A DNA stretch of 46,012 nt. It comes from Desulfobacterales bacterium (lineage in GTDB: Bacteria > Desulfobacterota > Desulfobacteria > Desulfobacterales > B30-G6). The stretch spans positions 1 through 46,012 of the forward strand of contig JAOZRT010000006.1 of NCBI GenBank assembly GCA_029940035.1. The letters are read 5' to 3'. Positions 28,245 through 37,318 of the stretch are shown here, one piece after another (positions within the stretch are counted from its first letter, which is position 1; every line of letters begins with the position of its first letter). A program made the translations under genes and the position numbers. Under the pieces are notes generated by a model, which made no database searches, had not been told where the DNA came from, and was given only the letters and a program-made list of their open reading frames with translations.

Positions 28245-29108
28245 ATGACCTATACCACCCCCGCCATATTAATCCGTCGTGTGGACTACGGAGATTACGA
28301 CCTCATTCTCAGTTTCCTTACCCGGGACAGGGGCAAGATTTCGGTCATTGCCAAGTCAGCCAAGCGCAGCCAGAAGCGATTCGGGGGGATCCTGGAACTA
28401 TTCAACTCCCTGGACATCGTTGTCAGCCAGAAGCGGGGAAAGGGCCTTGACCTGATAAAGGAGGCCTCCCTCATACAACCGCTCTTCCACATTGCCGCCG
28501 ACATCCGGAAAACCGCCTATGCCAGCTATTGGGCTGAACTGACCAACCTGTGGCTGGAAGAGGGACGTGCCCAGACGGAGATATACGACCTTATGGCGTA
28601 TGTTTTGTCGGAACTCGACGCCGGGGCCGTATCTGCGGAGGTTTTGAGCATATTGTTTCAGATGCGTTTTTTAAGCCTTTCCGGTCTTTGCCCCAACCTG
28701 AGCCATTGCAGTACCTGCAGGATCGAAACCGATGCTGCGCCATGCCATTGGATGAATTTTGACCTGTCAAAGGGCGGTGTCGTCTGTGAAAGCTGCGCAC
28801 CCTACGGAACGGATGCGCATTGCCTCTCCAGGGGCACCATCAAACAGCTTCAGTGGATTGACAACAACGACATCCGCAAGGCGGCCAGGATACGGTTTTC
28901 GGTACAGGCCCTGAAAGAGGGTCTTCAGTTTCTGGAGTCATTTGTTCCCTACCACCTGGGCAGGGAGCCCCGTAGCCTGAAATTTCTGCAGCAGATCAGG
29001 GGGCGGAGACCAGAGCCACAAAGGACAGAGCCCCAGAAGACAGAACCACAGAACTCCAGAGGACAGAGCCCCAGAAGACAGAAGCCAGAGGACAGGCCGG
29101 AAGACTGA
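28245..29108 (+). CDS. recO: DNA repair protein RecO with a ~37-aa low-complexity C-terminal extension read out of a repeat tract
   Basis: The N-terminal OB region is AILIRRVDYGDYDLILSFLTRDRGKISVIAKSAKRS. The Zn-finger-like region is CSTC...CESC. The tail PEPQRTEPQKTEPQNSRGQSPRRQKPEDRPED is encoded by the almost T-free repeat at 28997-29105. Confidence 0.9.
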   Translation: MTYTTPAILIRRVDYGDYDLILSFLTRDRGKISVIAKSAKRSQKRFGGILELFNSLDIVVSQKRGKGLDLIKEASLIQPLFHIAADIRKTAYASYWAELTNLWLEEGRAQTEIYDLMAYVLSELDAGAVSAEVLSILFQMRFLSLSGLCPNLSHCSTCRIETDAAPCHWMNFDLSKGGVVCESCAPYGTDAHCLSRGTIKQLQWIDNNDIRKAARIRFSVQALKEGLQFLESFVPYHLGREPRSLKFLQQIRGRRPEPQRTEPQKTEPQNSRGQSPRRQKPEDRPED

Positions 29109-29320
29109 GCAATCAGTAGGGAGTAAGCAGTGTAGGGGCTGGCCTTGTGTCTGCCCGGTAGAGCGACAAAATAACAGAGCCACAGAACAACAGAACCCCA
29201 GAGGACGGAGGACAAAGGGCCGGTAGTCGGTAGTCAGTGGTCAGCACAATGGAGGACCGACTACGGAAGACCGGCGGCAACCCGACACCCGACACCTGAA
29301 ACCTGACACCCGAAACCAGG
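28990..29320. repeat. Mosaic of tandem short-word repeats (CAGA-rich 38/29-nt units, then AGTNNNN, CGGTAGT and CCGACAC heptads)
   Basis: ggacagagccccagaagacagaa occurs twice (29023-29045 and 29061-29083). There is only one T between 28997 and 29105. The heptad runs are cagtagg|gagtaag|cagtgta, cggtagt|cggtagt|cagtggt (29221-29241), and ccgacac|ccgacac|ctgaaac|ctgacac|ccgaaac (29282-29316). Confidence 0.85.
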
Positions 29321-29352
29321 TGATTGTGGCAACTTTTTATTAGGATTTGACC

Positions 29353-30411
29353 ATGGAAACCAAGATCAGAGAAATGTTAAAATCAGGACCGATAACGGCC
29401 TCGGCGCCCTGCAGGGTCGACATGGGCGGCACCCTGGATTTGAGTACTTTCTACATACCGCTGCGTTCTTTGAAGCCCTGTACCTTTAACATGGCCTTGT
29501 CCCTGAGAACCACCGCAAGCATTGAAGCCTGGGAACGGGGCCGTGTCAGGGTCGCGTCAAAGGGGTTTAAAAGTGCCGAGTTCCCTTCGGGCCAGGCGCC
29601 GTTCAATCACCCGCTTGGTTTCATGTTTGCGGTGGCCAACTATTTCAACGCCGATGGCATTTCCATTACCATTGAATCGTCTTCTCCGCCGCGCAGCGCC
29701 CTAGGTGGTTCTTCAGCCGCTGCGGTTGCTCTGGTGGCCGCCCTGCAGGAAGCTGTCTCACGTTCAGGGGGCAAGCCGATGACCCGGCGAAAGGCTGTTT
29801 TGCTGGCGCATGCCCTCGAGTCGAGTGTAGCCGGCGTCCCCTGCGGCCTTCAGGATCACCTGGCTGCGGCATATGGGGGTGTGAATGCCTGGTACTGGCC
29901 AGTAAGTACGGGGTCACCGATTTTCAGGCGGGTTCCGGTAATAAAATCCGCCCGGTTCAATGACCTGGCAAGGCATATCCTGGTGGCATACTGCGGCGAG
30001 CCCCACACCTCTGCCGATATCAACGGCGAGTGGGTCCGTCAGTTCATCGCCGGAGAAAAACGTGAACGATGGGCCCGGGTGGCCGAATTCACCCACACGT
30101 TCATTGGCGCCCTGGCAACCATGGACATTGGAACGGCAGCGGCCAGTATGAACCGGGAGATGGAATTGCGGCTTGCCATGACCCCGGGAGTGTTGGACAA
30201 GATTGGCGGCCCCCTGGTTAAGGCAGCCATGAAGACTGGCTGTGGCGCTCGTTTTACAGGCGCCGGTGGAGGCGGTTGTGTCTGGGCCTTGGGCCGTGCT
30301 GAAGATATTGACAGTTTGAGGCAGATGTGGGAAACAATCCTTTTGGCCAGAGCGGACGCCCGCCTGCTGAATGCAACCATAGACCGCAAGGGGCTTAAAA
30401 TCCATCCCTAA
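29353..30411 (+). CDS. GHMP-family (sugar) kinase
   Basis: N-terminal APCRVDMGGTLDL and GHMP motif II SSPPRSALGGSSAAAVALVAAL; C-terminal GARFTGAGGGGCVWAL. The substrate is not assignable. The ATG at 29353 is preferred over the TTG at 29347. Confidence 0.85.
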   Translation: METKIREMLKSGPITASAPCRVDMGGTLDLSTFYIPLRSLKPCTFNMALSLRTTASIEAWERGRVRVASKGFKSAEFPSGQAPFNHPLGFMFAVANYFNADGISITIESSSPPRSALGGSSAAAVALVAALQEAVSRSGGKPMTRRKAVLLAHALESSVAGVPCGLQDHLAAAYGGVNAWYWPVSTGSPIFRRVPVIKSARFNDLARHILVAYCGEPHTSADINGEWVRQFIAGEKRERWARVAEFTHTFIGALATMDIGTAAASMNREMELRLAMTPGVLDKIGGPLVKAAMKTGCGARFTGAGGGGCVWALGRAEDIDSLRQMWETILLARADARLLNATIDRKGLKIHP

Positions 30412-30467
30412 CACCGTCGGGATAACCCCCTGGCAGTATAAACAACATGGACTAGCGAGGAAGTTTT

Positions 30468-31343
30468 ATGAATTTTCAGGATGTTATTATGAACCTGAGT
30501 CAATTCTGGGCAAAAAAAGGCTGCATCATTACGCAGCCCTATGACCTGGAAGTTGGCGCCGGCACCTTCCACCACAACACAACCCTGAAGGCATTGGGGC
30601 CGGAGCCATGGAACGTGGCCTACGTGCAGCCTTCGAGGCGCCCCACCGACGGTCGCTACGGGGAAAACCCCAACCGGCTTCAGCACTACTACCAATACCA
30701 GGTGATCCTGAAACCATCGCCCTATGATGTGCAGAAGCAGTACCTTCAGAGTATGAAGGTGCTGGGCATCGATCCCCTGGAGCATGATATCCGGTTTGTG
30801 GAGGATGACTGGGAATCACCCACCCTGGGTGCCTCCGGACTCGGGTGGGAGGTCTGGCTCGATGGTATGGAGATAACCCAGTTCACCTATTTTCAGCAAG
30901 CCGGCAGTGTCGAACTGGCACCCATTCCCGTGGAGTTGACCTACGGCCTGGAACGGATCGCTATGTACCTGCAGGGAGTCGACAATGTGTACGACCTCAA
31001 ATGGAACGACGCTATAACTTACGGCGATGTCCATCATCAGCAGGAGGTTGAGCAGTCCACCTACAATTTTGAAAAGGCTGATGTGGCCATGCTTTTCGAA
31101 CTGTTCAACATGTATGAAAACGAGGCCAAGCGGATGGCCGGAGAAGCGCTTGTTATCCCGCTGTATGAGTATTGCCTCAAGTGCTCCCACACTTTCAATC
31201 TGCTTGATGCCCGGGGCGCCATCAGTGTTACCGAAAGGACGGGTTACATCGGGCGTATTAGGAATCTGGCCAGGTCGGCGGCGGAAGGATATTTAAAGCA
31301 GAGAGAGGCCATGGGGTATCCGTTGTTGAAAAAAGGAGCCTAA
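30468..31343 (+). CDS. glyQ: Glycine--tRNA ligase alpha subunit
   Basis: [36 protein letters not shown]...[34 protein letters not shown] is highly characteristic of GlyQ. Confidence 0.97.
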   Translation: MNFQDVIMNLSQFWAKKGCIITQPYDLEVGAGTFHHNTTLKALGPEPWNVAYVQPSRRPTDGRYGENPNRLQHYYQYQVILKPSPYDVQKQYLQSMKVLGIDPLEHDIRFVEDDWESPTLGASGLGWEVWLDGMEITQFTYFQQAGSVELAPIPVELTYGLERIAMYLQGVDNVYDLKWNDAITYGDVHHQQEVEQSTYNFEKADVAMLFELFNMYENEAKRMAGEALVIPLYEYCLKCSHTFNLLDARGAISVTERTGYIGRIRNLARSAAEGYLKQREAMGYPLLKKGA

Positions 31344-31446
31344 GTTTAGCTCTCACTTAAATCCTGTTCTTTAAAACTGTAATCGGAACAAGCTTAGAAA
31401 TGGTCCTATTCCAGGGATTATATTAATAGAAGTTTTAGAGGTGATC

Positions 31447-33522
31447 ATGGACAATTTGCTGCTTGAAATCGGCGCGGAAGAAATACCCGCCGGATATATC
31501 GCCCCCGCCTTAGAGGCTATCTCATTGAACCTGTTGAAAAAATTGAGTGCGGCCCGTATCGAGTACGGGGAGGTGAAAACATTCGGCACGCCCCGGCGCC
31601 TGGCTGTGGTGGTTGAAAATGTGGCTGCCAAACAGCCTACGGTTTCAAAAGACGTGATGGGGCCGCCCACCAAGGTAGCTTTTGATGCAGACGGCCGGCC
31701 AACCATGGCCGCCGTAAAATTTGCTGAAAAAGTAGGTGTGTCGGTCAAGGCGCTCAAACAGCGGGATACGGAAAAAGGAAGCTACCTATACGCCAGGGTG
31801 ACGGAAAGAGGGGTGGCCACGAAAACGCTTTTGAAAAAGTTTCTGCCGGATGTCATCCTCGGCACACCCTTTCCCAAAACCATGAAGTGGGCGGAGTTGA
31901 ACGTTCAATTCGCCCGGCCCATGTATTCCATTCTGGCGCTTTTAGGCAGCAGTCCCGTGTCATTCAGTCTGGGCAACCTAAAAAGCGGCAGGTACACGTA
32001 CGGGCACAGCTTCATGCATCCCGGCAAGGTTAAGATCGACCACCCGGGGACCTACCTTGACAGCTTGAAAAACGTCCAGGTCATAGCGGATATAGAAGAA
32101 CGGAAAAAGATGGTCGTCCAGGAGGTCGAGCGTGCTGCCTCAGCGGTGGGCGGTAAGGTCCTGCCGGATGACGAACTGGTGGACATCGTCACCAACCTGG
32201 TGGAATACCCCATTGCCACGGCCGGAAAATTTGACGATGAATTCCTGGAAATCCCCCGGGAAATCCTGATCACGGCCATGCGCGAACATCAGAAGTATTT
32301 TGCCGTTATCGATGACAACGGCGCATTGAAGCCCTATTTTATAGCGGTCAACAATACACGCACCAAGGATCTCGATCTGGTGGCCACCGGGCACCAGCGC
32401 GTGCTGCGGGCAAGGCTTTCTGACGCTCAGTTTTTCTATCACAGCGATGTCAAGGTTTCCTTTGACCCATGGAACGAAAAACTGGAAGGGGTGCTGTTTC
32501 AGGCCAAATTGGGGAGCATGCGGGAAAAGGTGGGCAGGGTCAAAAGGCTTGCCGCTTATCTGGCCGATACAGAGGGCCTGGATGACGGTTTCAAGGCCAG
32601 GGTTACCCGGGCCGCGGAACTGTGCAAAGCCGACCTGGTGAGTCAGGTGGTGGTGGAATTCCCCAAACTGCAGGGCGTAATGGGCAGGGTTTATGCCGGT
32701 GTGGCCGGCGAACCCGAAGACGTGGCCTGTGCCATTGAGGAACACTACCGGCCGACGTACTCGGGCGGGAAACTGCCGAAAACCAAAACCGGCGCCCTCC
32801 TGGCTATCGCAGACAAAATTGATTCCATCTGCGGTTGTTTTTCCGTGGGTCTGATTCCCACGGGCGCTTCGGACCCTTACGCCCTCAGACGGCAGGGCAT
32901 CGGCATCGTCAACATCATGCAGGACAAGGGGTTTGGCTTTTCCCTCCGGGATCTTATTGTCAAAAGCCTCGACCTTTTCAGCTCAAAAGGGGATTTCGAT
33001 CTGGCGGAAACCACCGCCAAAGTGCACACGTTCATCCAGAATCGCCTGGCGCACATTCTTGTTGAAAAGGGCTTTTCCAAGGACGTTGTTGCTGCGGTGA
33101 CCAGTGCCGGCACAGAAAATATGCCGCATGTGTGGCTGCGGGTAAAGGCTCTCGAAGAACTGAAAGGTGCTCCGGATTTCGAGCCGCTGGCAGTCGCTTT
33201 CAAGCGTGTGGTCAACATCATCAAGAAAACCGAAGGCAATGTTCAGACCCGGGTCAGTGAAGACTTGTTTACGCACGCATCTGAAAAGGACCTGTTGGCG
33301 GCCTTCAGGAACGTGGAGAGCCAGGTGTCCGCGCTGTTCGCAGCCGGTGACTTTGAAAAGGCGCTTTTGGAAATTGCCTCCCTCAAGGATGGGGTGGACG
33401 CCTTTTTCGATGGCGTACTGGTCATGGCCGAGGATTTACAGGTCCGCAACAACCGCCTGGCCCTCTTGGGGGGCATTGCCGCCCTCTTCGATCGGTTTGC
33501 GGATTTTTCCAAGCTAGCGTAG
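31447..33522 (+). CDS. glyS: Glycine--tRNA ligase beta subunit
   Basis: MDNLLLEIGAEEIPAGY...FGTPRRLAV, about 691 aa, immediately downstream of glyQ. The ATG at 31447 has AGAGG 5-6 nt upstream; the ORF track uses the GTG at 31441. Confidence 0.95.
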   Translation: MDNLLLEIGAEEIPAGYIAPALEAISLNLLKKLSAARIEYGEVKTFGTPRRLAVVVENVAAKQPTVSKDVMGPPTKVAFDADGRPTMAAVKFAEKVGVSVKALKQRDTEKGSYLYARVTERGVATKTLLKKFLPDVILGTPFPKTMKWAELNVQFARPMYSILALLGSSPVSFSLGNLKSGRYTYGHSFMHPGKVKIDHPGTYLDSLKNVQVIADIEERKKMVVQEVERAASAVGGKVLPDDELVDIVTNLVEYPIATAGKFDDEFLEIPREILITAMREHQKYFAVIDDNGALKPYFIAVNNTRTKDLDLVATGHQRVLRARLSDAQFFYHSDVKVSFDPWNEKLEGVLFQAKLGSMREKVGRVKRLAAYLADTEGLDDGFKARVTRAAELCKADLVSQVVVEFPKLQGVMGRVYAGVAGEPEDVACAIEEHYRPTYSGGKLPKTKTGALLAIADKIDSICGCFSVGLIPTGASDPYALRRQGIGIVNIMQDKGFGFSLRDLIVKSLDLFSSKGDFDLAETTAKVHTFIQNRLAHILVEKGFSKDVVAAVTSAGTENMPHVWLRVKALEELKGAPDFEPLAVAFKRVVNIIKKTEGNVQTRVSEDLFTHASEKDLLAAFRNVESQVSALFAAGDFEKALLEIASLKDGVDAFFDGVLVMAEDLQVRNNRLALLGGIAALFDRFADFSKLA

Positions 33523-33623
33523 TGGGTTGCGAGTTGCATGTTACAGGTTGCGGTAATGGCAAGATAGTGAATGCCGGCTGAAAAAATGAATAATAAGCTA
33601 ATTATGTTACATTAGGAGGACAA

Positions 33624-33878
33624 ATGCCGTTCGATCCGGATAAAGATAAAGTGCTCAAACGCTGGAAGAGTGATGAAACCGGTCTGGTGGTGACGATCAA
33701 CCAGTACAATGAGGGGCAGCCCAAGGTACAGATCGGCCCCAGAATATTACTGAAGAAAGACGGAACGGAAAGGGTGCCCATGAAGGCCGGTCGCCTGAGC
33801 ATGGAAGACGTTCTGTGGCTGTACGACACCATCGACGACATCAAGGATACGTTGGCCGCGTACGCGCCGCCCGAATAA
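33624..33878 (+). CDS. Small conserved-looking protein, possibly a PC4/YdbC-like ssDNA-binding fold
   Basis: 84 aa with AGGAGG 6 nt upstream of the ATG. The pattern GLVVTINQYNEGQPKVQIGPR...KAGRLSMEDVLWL resembles bacterial PC4-like (YdbC) proteins as I recall them. The functional call is weak. Confidence 0.6.
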   Translation: MPFDPDKDKVLKRWKSDETGLVVTINQYNEGQPKVQIGPRILLKKDGTERVPMKAGRLSMEDVLWLYDTIDDIKDTLAAYAPPE

Positions 33879-33979
33879 ATAAATTTTTATGCATTAGAAA
33901 CCATTAGCGATATATATTTTTTATGTTATCTCAATTTGTTGAGAATTGATATCGATCAAAAAGTGACTATCTGTTTCTA

Positions 33980-34720
33980 ATGAATGACACCCCTATCGTA
34001 AAACCCGTCAAGGGAAAACGCACACCATCCCTGGGGCCGGTCGCTGTCATGGCGGCCCCCAAACCCGATATCAAGTTGTTGATTCCAGCGTTGGGCTTGA
34101 CTCAGGTTGAACCCCGCTCCCTGTTTACAGGCAACCTGTACGCCGGGGGCGACGGTCAGGGCGGTGTTTCCCTGACCGGTCCTTTTCTGGGCGCCCCGCA
34201 TGCTGCCATGCTGATGGAGACGCTCGCCAGCCGGGGAGTCAGGCAATTCGTATTCGCAGGGTGGTGTGGTTCCGTGGCAGAAGGCGTGACTATCGGCGAT
34301 ATCGTCATTCCCATTGGCGGGATTGTTGATGAAGGCACGTCTCCGCACTACGGGGTGGCTGCAGGGGGGGTCTCACGTCCGTCCGTGACTGTATTGGACG
34401 GCCTGCGCCGTGTCTTGGGGGAGGAATCCGCCGGGTTCCATGAGGGCCTGGTTTGGACGACGGACGGCGCCTTCCGGGAAACCCCTGAGAAGGTTGTGCA
34501 TTTCAGAAACAGGCAGGCGCTGGCAGTGGAGATGGAGATGTCCTGCCTATTCAGCGTTGCCGCCTATCTGGGGGTTGACGTCGCAGGGGTTCTGGTGGTG
34601 TCGGACGAGCTGTTTTCTATGACGTGGAACCCGGGTTTCAGAAGCAAAGCCTTTAAGGAAGGCCGTGTGCGGGTGGCTTGTATTGTGGAAAAACTTTGCA
34701 GGGTGCTGACGGATGGATGA
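33980..34720 (+). CDS. Nucleoside phosphorylase family-1 (PNP/UDP-like) protein
   Basis: GPFLGAPHAAMLMETLASRGVRQFVFAGWCGS...IGDIVIPIGGIVDEGTS...WTTDGAFRET...ALAVEMEMSCLF is a typical PNP_UDP_1 layout. There is an 8-nt overlap with the ligase gene. Confidence 0.85.
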   Translation: MNDTPIVKPVKGKRTPSLGPVAVMAAPKPDIKLLIPALGLTQVEPRSLFTGNLYAGGDGQGGVSLTGPFLGAPHAAMLMETLASRGVRQFVFAGWCGSVAEGVTIGDIVIPIGGIVDEGTSPHYGVAAGGVSRPSVTVLDGLRRVLGEESAGFHEGLVWTTDGAFRETPEKVVHFRNRQALAVEMEMSCLFSVAAYLGVDVAGVLVVSDELFSMTWNPGFRSKAFKEGRVRVACIVEKLCRVLTDG

Positions 34721-36551
34721 TGTCGCCAAACTGATCGAGAGGCTCGAGGCCTGTAATGCCGCGTACCGCAGCGGCAATCCGCTGGTCAGCGACCACGAGT
34801 ATGACGGTATGGTGGAGCGCCTGCGTCAACTTGCCCCGGGCCATCCCTTTTTAAGGCGAGTAGAGCCGGAAACGTTTGACGGCAAAAAGGAGATCCGCCA
34901 CCCTGTTCCCATGTTGTCAACGGATAAGGCCTATACCACCGAAGACATCGAACGGTTTCTGAGCCGGGTGGCAAAAGCTGCTGAAAAGATCGGCGCCGCC
35001 CCTGTCTTGTTCAGGGTCACGCCCAAGCTGGATGGCCTGGCCGGCAGGGATGACGGCAAGGTTTTTGTTTCCCGGGGCAATGGAGAGACAGGCTATGAAA
35101 TCAGCAGCGCTTTTGCCAAAGGCGTGATTCCCGTGGGCGGGCGGGGGCATGGCCTGGGTGAGATCGTGGTGCGGCAGTCGTATTTTCAGGAAAGACTGTC
35201 CGGTGATTTCGTGCATCCGCGCAACATGGTCGTGGGAATCATATCGTCCGATACGGTCAACGAGGTTGCCCGTCGGGCATTGCAGGAAAAGGTTGTGCAC
35301 TTTGTCCCCTACAAAGAGCTTTCCTTCTGGGAAGGCAGTGCCGCCGATCTGCTGGAAAATATCGATACCATTGTTGCGGACCTGATCACATCCACCGACT
35401 ACCCCATGGACGGTGTTGTGGCCGAGGTTGTCGACGAAAGGCTCAAGCAGGCCATGGGGGCCACAACCCACCACTATCGCTGGCAGATCGCCATCAAGTC
35501 CAAAGGCGCTACAGCCGTGACAGAGGTGGAAGATGTTACCTGGCAGGTGGGCCGTACCGGCAATGTCACGCCGGTCCTCGAAGTAAAGCCGGTACTACTT
35601 TCGGGCGCCACCATCAAGCGCGTGACTGCCCATCACGCCGGCATGGTGGCCCGGGAAGGCCTGGGCAGAGGCGCGCATATCGAAATCATCCGCAGCGGCG
35701 AGGTGATCCCCAAACTGGAGAGGGTCGTCCAATCTTCCGGGACAGTGGCCCTGCCTGAAAACTGTCCGGTGTGCGGGATGGAACTGATCTGGCAGAATGA
35801 TTTTTTACGTTGCGGCAACCGTTTCTGCAGGGCTCAGATCGAACAGTCCATCAGCCACTGGTTCAAAACCCTCGGCAATGCCGACTGGTTCGGCATCAAA
35901 AGCATTCAGAAAATGGTGACCGGTGGGTTCGACACCCTGGAAAAAATATATGCCCTGCGGGAAGCCGATTTTGAGGCACTCGGTTTTGGGCCGGTGCAGT
36001 CCCGCAACCTGGCTGACGCGCTGATCATCAGCCGTACCAAGCCGGTGCCGGACTGGCGTTTCCTGGCTGCCTTCGGCATCGCTAATCTGGGAAAAGGGGA
36101 CAGCCGTAAACTGCTGTCGCACATGTCGCTCGAGGACCTGCTCAAGGCCGAACGCGAGGACATCGAAGCCATCAGCGGCTTTGGCGGTATCACCAGTCTG
36201 TCCATTCACCGGGGCATCTCGGCATTGCAGGACTCTATCCACCACATGCTAGGGCTGGGTTTCAATCTTGAAAGGACTGCTTTCGCATTGGAGATGGAAG
36301 CAACTGACAGCCCGGTTGCCGGACGGGGCATTGTGTTCAGCGGCAAGATGCAGAACGGCAGCCGGGAAGTCATGCAGGCTGAAGCCCGCAAGTTGGGCGC
36401 CCGGGTGCAGACGGCGGTGAGCGGAAAAACCGATCTTCTGGTTTGTGGTGAGAAGGTGGGTGCATCCAAAATTAAAAAGGCCGAATCCCTGGGGGTGAGG
36501 ATCGTGAGTGAGGAGGCGTACCTCGAGATGATAGAACTGGGACAGGTGTAA
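34713..36551 (+). CDS. ligA: NAD-dependent DNA ligase family protein, a divergent short form (612 aa)
   Basis: Ia-like N-terminus NPLVSDHEYDGMVERL, adenylation Lys in TPKLDGLAG, SRGNGETGYEIS (LigB-like RGNG rather than RGDG), OB fold WQVGRTGNVTPV, 4-Cys finger CPVCG...CGNRFC, HhH region, and BRCT GRGIVFSGKM...KTDLLVCGEKVGASKIKKAESLGVRIV. Confidence 0.9.
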   Translation: MDDVAKLIERLEACNAAYRSGNPLVSDHEYDGMVERLRQLAPGHPFLRRVEPETFDGKKEIRHPVPMLSTDKAYTTEDIERFLSRVAKAAEKIGAAPVLFRVTPKLDGLAGRDDGKVFVSRGNGETGYEISSAFAKGVIPVGGRGHGLGEIVVRQSYFQERLSGDFVHPRNMVVGIISSDTVNEVARRALQEKVVHFVPYKELSFWEGSAADLLENIDTIVADLITSTDYPMDGVVAEVVDERLKQAMGATTHHYRWQIAIKSKGATAVTEVEDVTWQVGRTGNVTPVLEVKPVLLSGATIKRVTAHHAGMVAREGLGRGAHIEIIRSGEVIPKLERVVQSSGTVALPENCPVCGMELIWQNDFLRCGNRFCRAQIEQSISHWFKTLGNADWFGIKSIQKMVTGGFDTLEKIYALREADFEALGFGPVQSRNLADALIISRTKPVPDWRFLAAFGIANLGKGDSRKLLSHMSLEDLLKAEREDIEAISGFGGITSLSIHRGISALQDSIHHMLGLGFNLERTAFALEMEATDSPVAGRGIVFSGKMQNGSREVMQAEARKLGARVQTAVSGKTDLLVCGEKVGASKIKKAESLGVRIVSEEAYLEMIELGQV

Positions 36552-36669
36552 GGTAAAAGGTATAAGGTTAAAGGTCGGAGGTTAGCCCAGCTTTTGCGCA
36601 TAAGGTCACGGGGCCGCTATAAAACCGTCCACAGAAACCTTATACCGTAAACCCTAAACCGTTGACCGG
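36548..36669. repeat. Inverted arms of heptad word repeats (NAAGGTN x5 and NACCNTN x5)
   Basis: The left arm is taaggta|aaaggta|taaggtt|aaaggtc|ggaggtt (36549-36583) and overlaps the ligase stop. The right arm is aacctta|taccgta|aacccta|aaccgtt|gaccgga (36636-36670). There is an 11-bp perfect complement, ggtataaggtt/aaccttatacc. Confidence 0.8.
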
Positions 36670-36681
36670 AACGGAGGATAC

Positions 36682-36963
36682 ATGGATAATCCGATACGAG
36701 CCCACGCCATCATCACCGGTCGGGTTCAGGGAGTCTGTTTTCGCATGGAAACCTGCCGGGCTGTAGAAAATCTCAAGGTGTCGGGTTGGGTCAGAAACAA
36801 GCGTGACGGTTCTGTGGAGGCTGTTTTCGAAGGTGAAGAGGCCGACGTCAAAGCGGCCCTGGAATGGTGCCAACAGGGACCGCCCCTATCCCGGGTCGAC
36901 GGTGTGCAGGTCTCCTGGCAGGATTATGCCGATGAATTCAGGGCGTTCAGTGTCACTTATTAG
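36682..36963 (+). CDS. acyP: Acylphosphatase
   Basis: 93 aa: ITGRVQGVCFRMETCRAVENLKVSGWVRNKRDGSVEAVFEG is the canonical acylphosphatase signature. Confidence 0.9.
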   Translation: MDNPIRAHAIITGRVQGVCFRMETCRAVENLKVSGWVRNKRDGSVEAVFEGEEADVKAALEWCQQGPPLSRVDGVQVSWQDYADEFRAFSVTY

Positions 36964-37063
36964 TATCGTGTTCCGACCGGAATGATGAATAAATTTTATA
37001 TCTCCGTATAGATATGCTAAAAAATTAGTCTTTTCAGAAGGTAAAAATATGGAGAATTAGACC

Positions 37064-37318
37064 ATGTTAGAATCCATTTACGCAAATAAAACAGTCAGTA
37101 TCACTGAATTCAAGAAAAATCCTCAATCCCTCATTGATGCCGCCCATGGTGAAGCCATTGCCTTGCTGAACCGCAACAAAACAGCAGCGTACATCGTGCC
37201 GCCGGAAGTCTATGAACGGCTGTTGGAAATAGCCGAAGACATTGAACTGGGCAGAATCTATGAAGAACGCAAACATGAGAAAGCCAACGCCATTGAGGTT
37301 GCCATAGATGATCTATAA
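37064..37318 (+). CDS. Phd/YefM-family type II antitoxin
   Basis: 84 aa: VSITEFKKNPQSLIDAAHGEAIALLNRNKTAAYIVPPEVYERLLE. It lies in an AT-rich patch, and its 3' end overlaps the ATG of a RelE-like reading frame. Confidence 0.85.
   Translation: MLESIYANKTVSITEFKKNPQSLIDAAHGEAIALLNRNKTAAYIVPPEVYERLLEIAEDIELGRIYEERKHEKANAIEVAIDDL

Noticed and set aside
28990-29320. Whether the tandem repeat mosaic, or the tracts around mgtE, could be a CRISPR array
   Set aside because: The repeat period is 7-9 nt (or 29-38 nt, without unique spacers). There is no 24-48-nt repeat/spacer alternation and no cas genes.
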